NCBI GenBank assembly: GCA_020847755.1
Contig: JADLBK010000018.1
Coordinates: forward strand, 1 to 58,227
Direction of reading: 5' to 3'
DNA: 58,227 nucleotides
Source of the DNA: Flavobacteriales bacterium
GTDB lineage: Bacteria; Bacteroidota; Bacteroidia; Flavobacteriales_F; PHOS-HE28
The notes under the pieces are model-generated. The model saw nothing but the letters and a program-made list of their open reading frames with translations. It was not told the origin of the DNA and did not search any database. Position numbers and translations under genes: made by a program. Shown here in pieces: positions 45,784 through 55,603 of the stretch (the first letter of the stretch is position 1; each line of letters begins with the position of its first letter).

Positions 45784-48597
45784 ATGGTCCATCGTTACGC
45801 ATCCGCGGCAGCGCTCCTGCTGTCCGCGAGCGGGCTCATTGCGCAGCCCGTGTTCACCAACCAGTCGACCAACCTGTCGCACAACGCCAGCAGCGGTGGT
45901 TGCATGGCAGTGGTGGACATGGACTTCGATGGGTTGGATGACATCGTGCAGCTCGACATGAGCAAGCACGTGTACATCCTGTACCAGAATCCCGACCACT
46001 CCTTCACCACCATCGACTACGGCGTGGTGGATGGCAGCAACCAATGGGGCTGGGCCATCGCCGACATGGACCGCAGTGGCCATAAGGACATCATGAGCGG
46101 CGTTTCCGTCACGCGCTACCTGCGCATCACCTCCCGCGGGGTGGCACAGTTGGTGAACCTCAACGGGCCCACCATCTTTCACCAAGGGGTGAGCATCGCG
46201 GACATGAACGGCGACGGGTGGGCGGACCTGTACGCCTGCAACGACGTGGGTCCGAACAACATCTGGATCAACGATGGTTCGGGCAACCTGCTGTACGATG
46301 CGACCTTCATCGACTGGACCACCACGCCCGCTTCGGACATGAGCGGGAATTACGCCAGCGTCTTCACCGACTTCGATGACGACGGCGATATCGACCTGCA
46401 CATCAGCCACTGCCGCCAGGGCGTCAACAGCCCGACCGACCCGCGCCGCTGGGACCGCCTGTTCGTGAACGACGGCAACAACAATTACTCCGACCTGGCC
46501 GCCACCTATGGCCTCCAGAACCGTGAACAGGTGTGGACCACCGACTTCGGCGACTACGACAACGACGGGGACCTGGACGCCTTCAGCACCACGCACAGCA
46601 CCACGCTCATGCTGTTCGAGAACGATGGCGCGAACAACTTCGTGAACGTCACGGCCGGCAGCGGCCTGCAGAATTACACCGGCTTCTTCCTGCAGGGCCT
46701 GTTCCGCGACCTGGACAACGACGGCTGGCTGGACATCATGACCGGTTCCGCGGACTATTACTTCCAGGGCAATGGCGACGGCACCTTCACCGAAGTGCCC
46801 TCCATGTTCCCCGCCGGCAAGAACATGTTGAGCTTCGCGTTCGGCGACCTCAACGAGGACGGGTTCACGGACGTGTATGCCAGCTACGGCGATGCCTACG
46901 TGGACGGCGACCCCAGCTTCCCCGACCGCTTGTGGATGAACACGCCGAACGGCAACCACTGGCTCGACATCGATCTGGTGGGCGTGCAGAGCAACAAGGA
47001 GGCCATCGGTGCCAAGGTGAAGATCTGGGGCCCGTGGGGCATCCAGGTGCGCGAGGTGCGCAGCGGCGAGAGCTATGGCGTGGTGAACAGCACCACCCTG
47101 CACTTCGGCCTCGGCGCCATCACCGAAGTGGACAGCCTGGTGGTGCAGTGGCCCAGTGGTCAGGTGGACAGCTATACCGACATCGACGCCGATCAGACCA
47201 TCACCCTCCTGGAAGGCACCTGCATCGCACCTGTGGCCGAGATCACCGCCGGTGGGGCCTTGGTCGTGTGCGCAGGAGGAACGCCCCTGACCCTGACCGC
47301 CAATCCCGGCTTCCAGTACACCTGGAGCACCACCGCCACCACCCAGAGCATCGATGTCAACACCGGTGGCACCTACACGGTGACGATCGATGACGGCACC
47401 GGTTGCTGGAGCCAGGCGTCGGTGACCGTGACGGAGAACCCCGACGAGACCCCGACCGTGACCGTGGCCGGTGAGACGACCTTCTGCGAGGGTGGATCGG
47501 TGGAGCTGACCTCCTCACCGGCGAGCGGCTACGTGTGGAGCAATGGCGCGACCACGCAGACCGTTCAGGCCACCACCGATGGTCCGATCACTGTCACTGT
47601 GGCCGGCCTGTGCGGCAACTTCACCTCCGCCCCGGTCGACCTGGAGGTCATCGATACCCCTGACGCACCGGCCACGACCGGCGCCACGATCCTGGGCCCG
47701 GGCACGGCTGACATCAGCGCCACCGGAGGCGCGATCACCTGGTACGACCTGCCCACCGGTGGCACCGCTCTGGGCACAGGCAACACGTGGACCACGCCGT
47801 TCGTGAACAGCACCACCGGCTTCTGGGCCGAGGACCTGAACACCTTCGGAGGTGGCACGGCCAGTGGCGGTCGGACGGACAACACCACCAGCGGTCAGTA
47901 CCACCAGAACGACGGGTTCTACCTGCTCTTCGACGCGTACGAGCGCTTCACCATCAACAGCGTGAAGGTGTACTCCAACACGGCCGGGGTGCGCACCATT
48001 TCGGTGATCGACATGAGCGACAACAGCACCGTGGCGAGCGCAACGCCCAACATTCCCAGCGGAACGCAGGTGGTGAGCCTCGGGCTTGAAGTACCGGGCC
48101 CCGGCAATTATGCCCTGCGCTGTGTGGGCACGCCGAACATGTGGCGCGATGGCCTCGGCAGCAATCCCCAGTACCCCTACGCCCTGGGCACGCTTGGCGC
48201 CATCACCGGCACCAACATCGGTGGACAGAACGCGCTGCAGTACTACTACTTCTTCTACGACTGGCAGGTGGAGGCCTTCGGTGTGGAGTGCGCCAGCCCG
48301 CGCACCGAGGCGATCGTCACGGTGAGCTCCGTCGGTCTTGAAGAGAACGCCGCGGAAGCCACCCTTCAGCTGATGCCCAACCCCGCCGATGAGTCGGTGA
48401 CCGTGGTCTTCCCGGTGAGCGAAGGCCGTGTCACCGTGGAGCTGTCCGACCTCAGTGGTCGGGTGCTGCGGAGCGTGGGTGGTGCCGGCAACGGCGGTCG
48501 TCTGACCATCGATGTCAGCGACCTGGCCTCAGGCCCATATCTCGTTCGCCTGGCCTCGGCGGACCGCCAGCAGGTCACGCGGTTGACCGTGCGCTGA
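45784..48597 (+). CDS. FG-GAP/VCBS repeat + ASPIC/UnbV (CRTAC1-like) protein with Ig-like modules and a T9SS type A sorting domain
   Basis: 937 aa. DMDFDGLDDIV, DMNGDGWADL, DFDDDGDIDL and DLNEDGFTDV repeats. NHWLDIDLVG..SNKEAIGAKV.....G.QVREV.SG.SY (UnbV). C-terminus ...GPYLVRLASADRQQVTRLTVR. Confidence 0.85.
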   Translation: MVHRYASAAALLLSASGLIAQPVFTNQSTNLSHNASSGGCMAVVDMDFDGLDDIVQLDMSKHVYILYQNPDHSFTTIDYGVVDGSNQWGWAIADMDRSGHKDIMSGVSVTRYLRITSRGVAQLVNLNGPTIFHQGVSIADMNGDGWADLYACNDVGPNNIWINDGSGNLLYDATFIDWTTTPASDMSGNYASVFTDFDDDGDIDLHISHCRQGVNSPTDPRRWDRLFVNDGNNNYSDLAATYGLQNREQVWTTDFGDYDNDGDLDAFSTTHSTTLMLFENDGANNFVNVTAGSGLQNYTGFFLQGLFRDLDNDGWLDIMTGSADYYFQGNGDGTFTEVPSMFPAGKNMLSFAFGDLNEDGFTDVYASYGDAYVDGDPSFPDRLWMNTPNGNHWLDIDLVGVQSNKEAIGAKVKIWGPWGIQVREVRSGESYGVVNSTTLHFGLGAITEVDSLVVQWPSGQVDSYTDIDADQTITLLEGTCIAPVAEITAGGALVVCAGGTPLTLTANPGFQYTWSTTATTQSIDVNTGGTYTVTIDDGTGCWSQASVTVTENPDETPTVTVAGETTFCEGGSVELTSSPASGYVWSNGATTQTVQATTDGPITVTVAGLCGNFTSAPVDLEVIDTPDAPATTGATILGPGTADISATGGAITWYDLPTGGTALGTGNTWTTPFVNSTTGFWAEDLNTFGGGTASGGRTDNTTSGQYHQNDGFYLLFDAYERFTINSVKVYSNTAGVRTISVIDMSDNSTVASATPNIPSGTQVVSLGLEVPGPGNYALRCVGTPNMWRDGLGSNPQYPYALGTLGAITGTNIGGQNALQYYYFFYDWQVEAFGVECASPRTEAIVTVSSVGLEENAAEATLQLMPNPADESVTVVFPVSEGRVTVELSDLSGRVLRSVGGAGNGGRLTIDVSDLASGPYLVRLASADRQQVTRLTVR

Positions 48598-48613
48598 TCG
48601 ACACGACCGTTTG

Positions 48614-48649
48614 ACGAACGAGCCCCCGGAACACCGGGGGCTCGTTCGT
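48614..48649 (+). terminator. Strong terminator-like hairpin
   Basis: Perfect 16-bp stem ACGAACGAGCCCCCGG/CCGGGGGCTCGTTCGT with loop AACA, 17 nt after the stop at 48597. The downstream U-tract is weak. Confidence 0.65.
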
Positions 48650-48652
48650 TCG

Positions 48653-49351
48653 ATGCCGGCCGCAACGATGTACTTTGGCGGCATGCGCGCCAGCACAGCC
48701 CCGCTGCGTTCCTCTCTTCTGGTCCTCGGTGTCGGCGGGCTGGGCAATGCCCTGCTCGAGCGCTGTGCCCGGTTGCCCCTCCGCCTTCTCACCTTGGTGG
48801 ACGGCGACCGCGTGGAGCCGCACAACCTGGAGCGCCAGCCGCTCTTCGCCCCGGTGGACCTGGGCCGGCCCAAAGTGGCGGTGGCCGCCGCATGGCTTCG
48901 CCAGGCGATGCCCGGCACCGTCATCGACGTGGTGGACGCCTTCGCCGATGCTGCTTCGCTACCGGAGCTGGTGAAGGAGCACAGCATCGTGGTCGACTGC
49001 ACCGATGACGTGCATGCACGGGCACTGATCGACCAGGTCTGCGCGGAGCGATCCATCCCGCTGGTGAGCGGCGCCGTGCATGTGCGCGAGGGCCAGGTCT
49101 TGTTGCTCCATGCGCACGATGGTGCGGGGGACCCGTCCATGACGCGCGAACAGGTGTTCAGTGGACGACCCGGGCCTGGCCAGGACGAGTGCGACATGCG
49201 CAACGTGCCTCTGGAGGTCCTGGAGGCCGTGGGTGCCCGGTTGCAGCAGCGGGTCGGCGACCTGATGGCCGGTCGTCCCGTGGAGAACGGCGCCTTGGAA
49301 CTCTACGCCGGCGGCCGATGGACCCGGTACGCTCCTCCGACGCCGAACTGA
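48653..49351 (+). CDS. ThiF/MoeB/HesA family adenylyltransferase (short form), probable MoaD activase
   Basis: VLGVGGLGNALL nucleotide loop and VDGDRVEPHNLERQPLF. Start ambiguous (ATG at 48653, 48668 or 48683). Lacks the usual N-terminal RYSRQ segment and the C-terminal CxxC pairs. Confidence 0.78.
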   Translation: MPAATMYFGGMRASTAPLRSSLLVLGVGGLGNALLERCARLPLRLLTLVDGDRVEPHNLERQPLFAPVDLGRPKVAVAAAWLRQAMPGTVIDVVDAFADAASLPELVKEHSIVVDCTDDVHARALIDQVCAERSIPLVSGAVHVREGQVLLLHAHDGAGDPSMTREQVFSGRPGPGQDECDMRNVPLEVLEAVGARLQQRVGDLMAGRPVENGALELYAGGRWTRYAPPTPN

Positions 49352-49356
49352 CCGTC

Positions 49357-50073
49357 ATGCTCGCCGCCCTTGGCATCGCCCTCATCGCCCTGCTTTATGC
49401 CTCCGTGGGCCATGGCGGTGCCAGCGGCTATCTGGCGTTGATGGCGCTCATGGGACAGGCTCCGGCCGAGATGCGCCCCGCTGCGCTGTGGCTCAACCTG
49501 CTGGTGAGCGCCGTGGCCACCGTGCAGTACGCGCGTGCCGGCCATTTCGCTTGGCGCCTTTTTCTGCCGTTCGCGCTGGTGTCCGTGCCCATGGCCTACC
49601 TCGGTGCGCGGATCACCCTGGAGGCGGAGACCTATGAGCGCCTCCTGGCGCTCTGCCTTCTGCTGGCGGCCCTGCGTTTGCTCGGCGTGTTCGGTGCACC
49701 GACCACGGCCACGCGCCCTGTGCATCGGTTGGGTGCACCGGTGCTGGGGGCCGGGATCGGACTGATCGCGGGGCTCGTCGGGATCGGCGGCGGTGTGCTG
49801 CTGAGCCCCGTCCTGCTCCTGCTGCGTTGGAGCGACGCTCACCGCACTGCCGCTGTCAGCGCACCTTTCATCCTGGTGAACAGCGCCGCCGGGCTCATCG
49901 GACTTCAAGCGGTCGGCCCGCCGGCCGGCCTGCACATCGGATGGCTGTTCGCCGCTTTGGCCGGTGCGCTGCTCGGCAGCACCCTCGGTGCCCGCGTACT
50001 TCCGGACCTCCGACTGCGCCAGGTGCTCGGTGCGGTGCTCCTGCTCGCCTCCGCCAAGTTGCTCCTGCCATGA
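49357..50073 (+). CDS. TauE/SafE (DUF81) family membrane permease
   Basis: Polytopic. GHGGASGY and GIGGGVLLSP motifs in two halves. An alternative start at 49318 would overlap the ThiF-like gene. Confidence 0.8.
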   Translation: MLAALGIALIALLYASVGHGGASGYLALMALMGQAPAEMRPAALWLNLLVSAVATVQYARAGHFAWRLFLPFALVSVPMAYLGARITLEAETYERLLALCLLLAALRLLGVFGAPTTATRPVHRLGAPVLGAGIGLIAGLVGIGGGVLLSPVLLLLRWSDAHRTAAVSAPFILVNSAAGLIGLQAVGPPAGLHIGWLFAALAGALLGSTLGARVLPDLRLRQVLGAVLLLASAKLLLP

Positions 50074-51245
50074 TCAGTGTGCGGGAGGCCCATGCCGCAC
50101 TTTTGAAGGTGGTGCGGGTGCTGCCCACGGAGGTCGTTCCCCTGTCCAACGCCGTGGGCCGCTTCCTGAGCGCGGATGTCCTGGCCACCGATGCCTTTCC
50201 GCGGTTCGACATGAGCGCGGTGGACGGCTACGCCGTGGGCGACGGCCCCGGTCCGTGGAGACGCATCGGCGCGGTGGCCGCCGGCGAGGTGTTGTCCCGC
50301 CCGGTCGGCGCCGATGAGTGCGTGCGCATTTTCACCGGGGCCCAGGTCCCGGCGGGTTCCGTGGCCGTGGTGATGCAGGAGCGGTGCACTGAGAAGGATG
50401 GCCTGATGCGGGTGACCGGTGGAGCGCCACATGCCGGTGCCCACATCCGCCGCAAGGCCGAGGGCTACCGCACGGGCGACCTTCTCCTGCGCACGGGCGA
50501 CCGCCTGGACCCTGCGGCGATCGGTCTGTTGGCCTCGTCCGGGATCCGGTCCGTGGCTGTGACCCGAAGGCCCCGCGTAGCGGTGATCCGCACCGGTGGC
50601 GAGTTCATCATGGAGGGCCAGCCCATGGAGGGGCGGATGCATAGCAGCAACGAGATGATGCTGGAGGCCGCACTGAGAGAGGCCGGCGCCGCGCTCAGTG
50701 CCCCGCCCTTCGCGGTGGACGATGATGCCGACCGGTTGGGCGCGACGCTGCGCACTGCGTGTGCCGAAGCCGACCTGGTGTTGACCACCGGAGGTGCCTC
50801 CGTTGGCGATCACGACCTGCTCCGGCCCGTGCTGGAGCGCGAGGGTGGCACGATCGTGTTCCATGGCGTGCGTCAGAAACCGGGCAAGCCGATGTTGTTC
50901 GCCACGTTGGGCGGTACACCCCTGATCGGGTTGCCGGGCAATCCCCGTGCGGTGCTCGTCCTCTTCATGGTGTATGTGCGCAGCGTGCTCCGCGCCCTCC
51001 AGGGCGCCCGGCACCCTGGTCCGCAGGTGGACCTGCTGCCGCTGGCCGCTCCTTTGGAGCGCAAGGGCGAACGCGATGAGTTCCGTGCGGCCCGCGTGAC
51101 CGATGGCCGGGTGGAACTGCTGCCGGATGAAGGCTCGCACCTGCTCGGCGGCCTGGTCGGGGGCACGGTCCTCTGTCACTTGGAAGCTGCGCAGGCCCGG
51201 CTGGATGCCGGCGACCTCGTGCGTGTGATCCGTCCGCTGCCATGA
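50070..51245 (+). CDS. moeA: Molybdopterin molybdotransferase
   Basis: MISVREAHAALL...P.FD.SAVDGYAV...TTGGASVGDHD...PGNP. ATGA overlap with the TauE stop. Confidence 0.9.
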   Translation: MISVREAHAALLKVVRVLPTEVVPLSNAVGRFLSADVLATDAFPRFDMSAVDGYAVGDGPGPWRRIGAVAAGEVLSRPVGADECVRIFTGAQVPAGSVAVVMQERCTEKDGLMRVTGGAPHAGAHIRRKAEGYRTGDLLLRTGDRLDPAAIGLLASSGIRSVAVTRRPRVAVIRTGGEFIMEGQPMEGRMHSSNEMMLEAALREAGAALSAPPFAVDDDADRLGATLRTACAEADLVLTTGGASVGDHDLLRPVLEREGGTIVFHGVRQKPGKPMLFATLGGTPLIGLPGNPRAVLVLFMVYVRSVLRALQGARHPGPQVDLLPLAAPLERKGERDEFRAARVTDGRVELLPDEGSHLLGGLVGGTVLCHLEAAQARLDAGDLVRVIRPLP

Positions 51246-51808
51246 ACGACCGCGCTTGGACCGGGGTGGTGCTGGCCGGTGGTCGCAGCCGCCGCATGGG
51301 TACGGACAAGGCCTTGATCGAGCTGGACGGGTTGACGCTCCTGGACCGCGCGGTGGAGCTGCTGCGTCCGCACGCCCGTGAGCTGCTCATCATCGGGGAT
51401 GTCACCCGCCACGCGCATCCGCATGCCGCCACGGTGGGTGACCGGCGCCCGGGCCTGGGTCCGTTGGGCGGCCTGATCACGGCGCTGGAGCGCAGCCGCT
51501 ATGGCCGCATCATCGCCCTGGCCTGCGACATGCCCGGGGTGAACGACCGTCTGATCCTCCGCCTGAAGGGTCATTGTGATGCGACGGTCGATGCGGCCGT
51601 TCCCGTGCATGCCGGTGGCGCGGAGCCCTTGGCCGCTGCCTACCACCTGCGCTGCCTGTCGCCCTTCGAGCAGGCGGTGGACGCCGGCAACCTGAAGCTC
51701 ACCGATGCCTTGGTCCGTGTGCGGTGGGCCCCCGTGGAGGTGAGGCCCGGACAGGAAGGATGGCCGGCCGACCTGTTCCGCAACATCAATGCGCCGGACG
51801 ATCTTTGA
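51242..51808 (+). CDS. mobA: Molybdenum cofactor guanylyltransferase
   Basis: GVVLAGGRSRRMGTDKAL motif. ATGA overlap with moeA. Confidence 0.88.
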   Translation: MNDRAWTGVVLAGGRSRRMGTDKALIELDGLTLLDRAVELLRPHARELLIIGDVTRHAHPHAATVGDRRPGLGPLGGLITALERSRYGRIIALACDMPGVNDRLILRLKGHCDATVDAAVPVHAGGAEPLAAAYHLRCLSPFEQAVDAGNLKLTDALVRVRWAPVEVRPGQEGWPADLFRNINAPDDL

Positions 51809-51812
51809 GCCC

Positions 51813-52037
51813 ATGAAGGTGCTGCTGTTCGGTCTGATCGCGGAACGTGCGGGTACGCCCACGCTCGAGCTGTCCGCGGCCAGCACCAACGAACTGAAGG
51901 TCCGGCTGGCCGAACACATCGAAGGCCTCGCCGCGCTGACCTACGCGATCGCCGTGGACCATCGGATGGTGATCGGGAACATGCCGTTGAACGGCCATGA
52001 GGAGGTCGCCGTGCTGCCTCCGTTCGCCGGGGGATGA
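51813..52037 (+). CDS. moaD: Molybdopterin synthase sulfur carrier subunit (ThiS/MoaD fold)
   Basis: 74 aa. MKVLLFGLIAERAG... ending in PPFAGG (C-terminal Gly-Gly). Confidence 0.85.
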   Translation: MKVLLFGLIAERAGTPTLELSAASTNELKVRLAEHIEGLAALTYAIAVDHRMVIGNMPLNGHEEVAVLPPFAGG

Positions 52038-52044
52038 TCCACCG

Positions 52045-52518
52045 ATGATGCCGACGATCCGAATGAACGATGTGAAGACCCACAGGAAGCGCGACATCTT
52101 CGTGGAGGGGCCGATCGACCCGGCCTTCATCGCCGGGAGCATCGCCAAGCACGCCACGCGCACGGACATCGGTGCCCATGAGATCTTCCTGGGCCAGGTG
52201 CGGGCCGATGTGATCGACGGTCGCACGGTGGAAGCGATCGAGTACAGCACTTACCGCGATATGGCTTTGGAACGCATGACCGCCATCCGCGAGGAGGCCT
52301 TCACGAAATGGCCCGGCATGACCTGTCTGCATGTGCACCACAGTTTGGGAACCATCAAGGCCGGTGAGTTGTGCTTCATGGTCTTTGCCAGTGCGCCACA
52401 CCGCCAATCTGCGCGCGAGGCGGTGGCCTGGGTGGTGGACCGCATCAAAGCCGACCTGCCCATCTTCGGGAAGGAGATCGTGGAGGGTGGTGGGCATATC
52501 TGGAAACGCAACACGTAA
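52045..52518 (+). CDS. moaE: Molybdopterin synthase catalytic subunit
   Basis: GAHEIFLGQVR......V.AIEY..Y..MA...........KW.......HH.LG....GE......ASAHR..A......V.D.IK...PIFGKE. Confidence 0.9.
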   Translation: MMPTIRMNDVKTHRKRDIFVEGPIDPAFIAGSIAKHATRTDIGAHEIFLGQVRADVIDGRTVEAIEYSTYRDMALERMTAIREEAFTKWPGMTCLHVHHSLGTIKAGELCFMVFASAPHRQSAREAVAWVVDRIKADLPIFGKEIVEGGGHIWKRNT

Positions 52519-52544
52519 GGGCGCGTCATGACGCGCCCCAACAG

Positions 52545-53462
52545 ATGATCGACATCACCCACAAGCCCACCACCCTGCGCGAGGCCACGGCCACGGCGCT
52601 GGTCACCGTGAGCGATGCCGGCACCATCACCGCGTTGAAGGAGAAGCGCGTGCCGAAGGGTGATGTGCTGGAGAGCGCCCGGGTGGCGGCCCTCTTCGGG
52701 GTGAAGAAGACGCACGAACTGATCCCCGACTGTCACCCTTTGCCCATTGAGCATGCGGAGTGCACGTTCGCGGTGGGAGAGATGGAGGTGATCGTCACCA
52801 TGCGCGTACGTACCATCTACCGCACCGGCGTGGAGGTGGAGGCCATGCACGGCGCCAGTGTGGCGGCCCTCACCATCTACGACATGCTCAAGCCCATCGA
52901 CAAGGGCGTGATGATCGGAGGCATCCGGCTGCTGGAGAAGAAGGGCGGCAAGAGCGATTGGAAGGACCGTTTCGACGGGCCCGTGAAGGCCGCCGTGCTG
53001 GTGATCAGCGATGGGGTGGCCAGCGGAAAGAAGGAGGACAAGGCCGGCATCTCGATCTCCGAGCGCTTGCAGCACCTGGGTGTGGAGCTGACCGGCAATG
53101 CCGTGGTCCCCGACGAACCGGAGCAGATCGCGATGCGCGTGAACGCTTGGGCGAATGAAGGCATCGACCTCATCCTCACCACCGGCGGCACGGGCCTTTC
53201 CCCCCGTGACCGCACGCCCGAGGCCATCGCACCCATCCTGGACCGCGAAGTGCCCGGCATCATGGAAGCCGCGCGCAGCTACGGGCAGGAGCGCATGCCC
53301 TGGGCCATGATGAGCCGGGGCATCGCGGGCATGATCGGCCGAACCCTGGTGATCACCCTGCCGGGTTCCACACGCGGCGCACAGGAGACGATGGATGCAC
53401 TGTTCCCGTTTGTGCTGCATGTAGTGAAGGTGCAGGAGCATGCGTTCCGTCACGGGATGTAG
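52545..53462 (+). CDS. moaC: Bifunctional cyclic pyranopterin monophosphate synthase MoaC / MoaB-MogA-type molybdopterin adenylyltransferase
   Basis: N-terminal half: MIDITHKP.T.R.A.A...KGDVL..ARVA...G.KKT.ELIP.CHP...TGVEMEA. C-terminal half: VLVISD......ED..G......LILTTGGTG.SPRD.TPEA. Confidence 0.9.
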   Translation: MIDITHKPTTLREATATALVTVSDAGTITALKEKRVPKGDVLESARVAALFGVKKTHELIPDCHPLPIEHAECTFAVGEMEVIVTMRVRTIYRTGVEVEAMHGASVAALTIYDMLKPIDKGVMIGGIRLLEKKGGKSDWKDRFDGPVKAAVLVISDGVASGKKEDKAGISISERLQHLGVELTGNAVVPDEPEQIAMRVNAWANEGIDLILTTGGTGLSPRDRTPEAIAPILDREVPGIMEAARSYGQERMPWAMMSRGIAGMIGRTLVITLPGSTRGAQETMDALFPFVLHVVKVQEHAFRHGM

Positions 53463-53549
53463 GTCGATCACATGGGTGGTCGGCCTTGGCCTTGAGCGGC
53501 GTGCAACGGGCAGAACAGGTGGTCATCTTTGCCTGCACAATACGCTGCC

Positions 53550-54458
53550 ATGCAAACGGTCCTCGGCGCCAACGGCGTCATCGGCAACGAGCTCTCCAAG
53601 CTCCTTCCGCAGTACACGGACAAGGTCCGGCAGGTAAGCCGCCGCCCCAAGCAGGTGAACGCCACTGATGAACTCTTCCCGGCCGACCTGTTGGATGCCA
53701 CCGCGGTAAGCGAGGCGGTGAAGGGCAGTGAGGTCGCCTACCTCGTGGCCGGCCTGAAGTACGATGCCAAGGTGTGGGCCGACCAATGGCCGCGCGTGAT
53801 GCGCAACACCATCGAAGCCTGCAAGCGTCACGGCACCAAACTCGTCTTTTTCGATAACGTGTACGCCTATGGCCGGGTGGCAGGCGCGATGACCGAGGAC
53901 ACGCCCTACAACCCTTGCAGCAGGAAGGGTGAGGTGCGCGCCCGCATCGCCACCACGCTCATGGACGAGGCAAAGCGCGGCGAGTTGCAGGCGATGATCA
54001 TCCGTGCGGCCGATTTCTACGGACCGGGTGCGCTGCTGAGCCTCACGCATGCCACCGTGTTCGAGCGGCTGCGCGCAGGCAAGACCCCGCAATGGGTCGG
54101 CAACGCCAAGGCCGTACACACCTTCACCTTTACGCCCGATGCGGGTCGCAGTGTGGCGCTGCTGGGCAACACCCCTTCCGCCTACGGGCAGGTGTGGCAT
54201 GCGCTTACCAGCAAGGAGGCCATCACCGGTGAGCGGTTCGTTCGCCTCGCCTGTGAGCTGGCCGGCAAGCCATTCAAGCTCCAGGTGGCACCGGGGTGGA
54301 TGCTCGCGCTGATGGGCCTGTTCGTCCCGGTGCTGCGCGAGAACAAGGAGATGATGTACCAGTTCGAGCAGGACTATCGATTCGACAGCAGCAAGCTGGA
54401 GCGGGCCTTGGGTGTGCAGCCCACGGACTACCGGACGGGGATCAAGGCCATGCTCTAA
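53550..54458 (+). CDS. NAD-dependent epimerase/dehydratase family (atypical SDR) protein
   Basis: MQTVLGANGVIGNEL Rossmann loop. ~300 aa SDR-a5-like layout. Confidence 0.82.
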   Translation: MQTVLGANGVIGNELSKLLPQYTDKVRQVSRRPKQVNATDELFPADLLDATAVSEAVKGSEVAYLVAGLKYDAKVWADQWPRVMRNTIEACKRHGTKLVFFDNVYAYGRVAGAMTEDTPYNPCSRKGEVRARIATTLMDEAKRGELQAMIIRAADFYGPGALLSLTHATVFERLRAGKTPQWVGNAKAVHTFTFTPDAGRSVALLGNTPSAYGQVWHALTSKEAITGERFVRLACELAGKPFKLQVAPGWMLALMGLFVPVLRENKEMMYQFEQDYRFDSSKLERALGVQPTDYRTGIKAML

Positions 54459-54538
54459 AGGCCCTCCCGAATACCTTCGCCATCCCGTCTTTGCCAACAG
54501 GCCTGGGCGCGCAAGGCATGATCAACGGCAAGGAGGCC

Positions 54539-55540
54539 ATGGTGGAGGAGTTCGTCGTCCACCGGATCGGAACGGGCGGCGTGCCCAGCATCGTCAGCGA
54601 CTACAGTGCGGTACTCCAGGGACCCGAGGAGCAGGAGTTCCTGCGGAAGCTCTTCCTCAAGCCCTTTGCCGGGGTGGTGCAGACCCACGCCTTCACTGCA
54701 CGGGAGGGCGGCGGAACCAACCACCTTCAGGAGCTGTGCGCCAAGGTGGAACAGGGCAACGAGCTGGTGGCGGTGTCGCGCGCGATCGCGAAGCAGCTCA
54801 TCGAAGTGGCCCAGGAGCATGACGTGCGCACCGGCGACCTGTTCGTGGTGCGTTTCCATGGGGTGGAGCTGGGCGGTGCCCATGTGGATGCTGTGGGCCT
54901 CTACAAGTTCGATGACAAGGAGGTCTTCCTGGAGAGCCGCGCCGAGGCGGACAGCATCAGCCTGCAGCTGAAACGGGGTCTTGGCGGCCGCAAGCCGGAC
55001 CAGGCCTTGCTCGTGCTCTTCACCCCGGAGGAGCACACGTTGCTGGTGATCGACGACGACCCGCGCAGCGGCTTCTGGCAGCAGGTGTTCATCGGGTTGC
55101 GCGCCAAGCAGGACCATGTGAACAGCACCCGCAATGTGCTGGAGATGACACGCACCTTCATCACCGAACAGCTGCCGCAGGACTACGAGATCCCCAAGGC
55201 CGACCAGATCGACCTGTTGAACCGCTCGGTGCAATACTTCAAGGAGAACACCGCCTTCGACCGTAGCTCCTTCGCCCGCGAGGTGTTCCAGAGCGATGAG
55301 GTCATCGGGTCCTTCGAGCGCTTCGGCGACCGGTTCAAGGAGGAACGTGCCGTGGAGCTCGATGACCGGTTCCAGATCAGTGCCGATGCCGTGAAGAAGC
55401 AGGCCCGCGTGTTCAAGAGCGTGCTGAAGCTGGACAAGAACTTCCACATTTACATCCATGGCGACCGGGAGAAGATCGAGCGGGGCGTGGACGAGAGCGG
55501 CAGGAAGTACTACAAGATCTACTACGACCAGGAGCTGTAG
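54539..55540 (+). CDS. Nucleoid-associated protein, NdpA/YejK-like family
   Basis: Start taken at MVEEFVVHRIG. ~330 aa with conserved ...LYKFDDKE.FL... and a C-terminal ...YYKIYYDQEL. Family assignment is from overall pattern and moderately confident. An alternative start is 54518. Confidence 0.7.
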   Translation: MVEEFVVHRIGTGGVPSIVSDYSAVLQGPEEQEFLRKLFLKPFAGVVQTHAFTAREGGGTNHLQELCAKVEQGNELVAVSRAIAKQLIEVAQEHDVRTGDLFVVRFHGVELGGAHVDAVGLYKFDDKEVFLESRAEADSISLQLKRGLGGRKPDQALLVLFTPEEHTLLVIDDDPRSGFWQQVFIGLRAKQDHVNSTRNVLEMTRTFITEQLPQDYEIPKADQIDLLNRSVQYFKENTAFDRSSFAREVFQSDEVIGSFERFGDRFKEERAVELDDRFQISADAVKKQARVFKSVLKLDKNFHIYIHGDREKIERGVDESGRKYYKIYYDQEL

Positions 55541-55603
55541 GGTCACACATCGTTGATGGCGCTCGTCCGCGCGATGCAGCGGCGTGATCGGTGCAGGTGG
55601 CTG

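Noticed and set aside
48598-48683. Moco riboswitch upstream of the molybdenum cofactor operon
   Set aside because: The gap is under 90 nt and is almost wholly occupied by a simple 16-bp terminator-type hairpin belonging to the upstream gene. That is too short and too simple for the ~130-nt Moco RNA motif.
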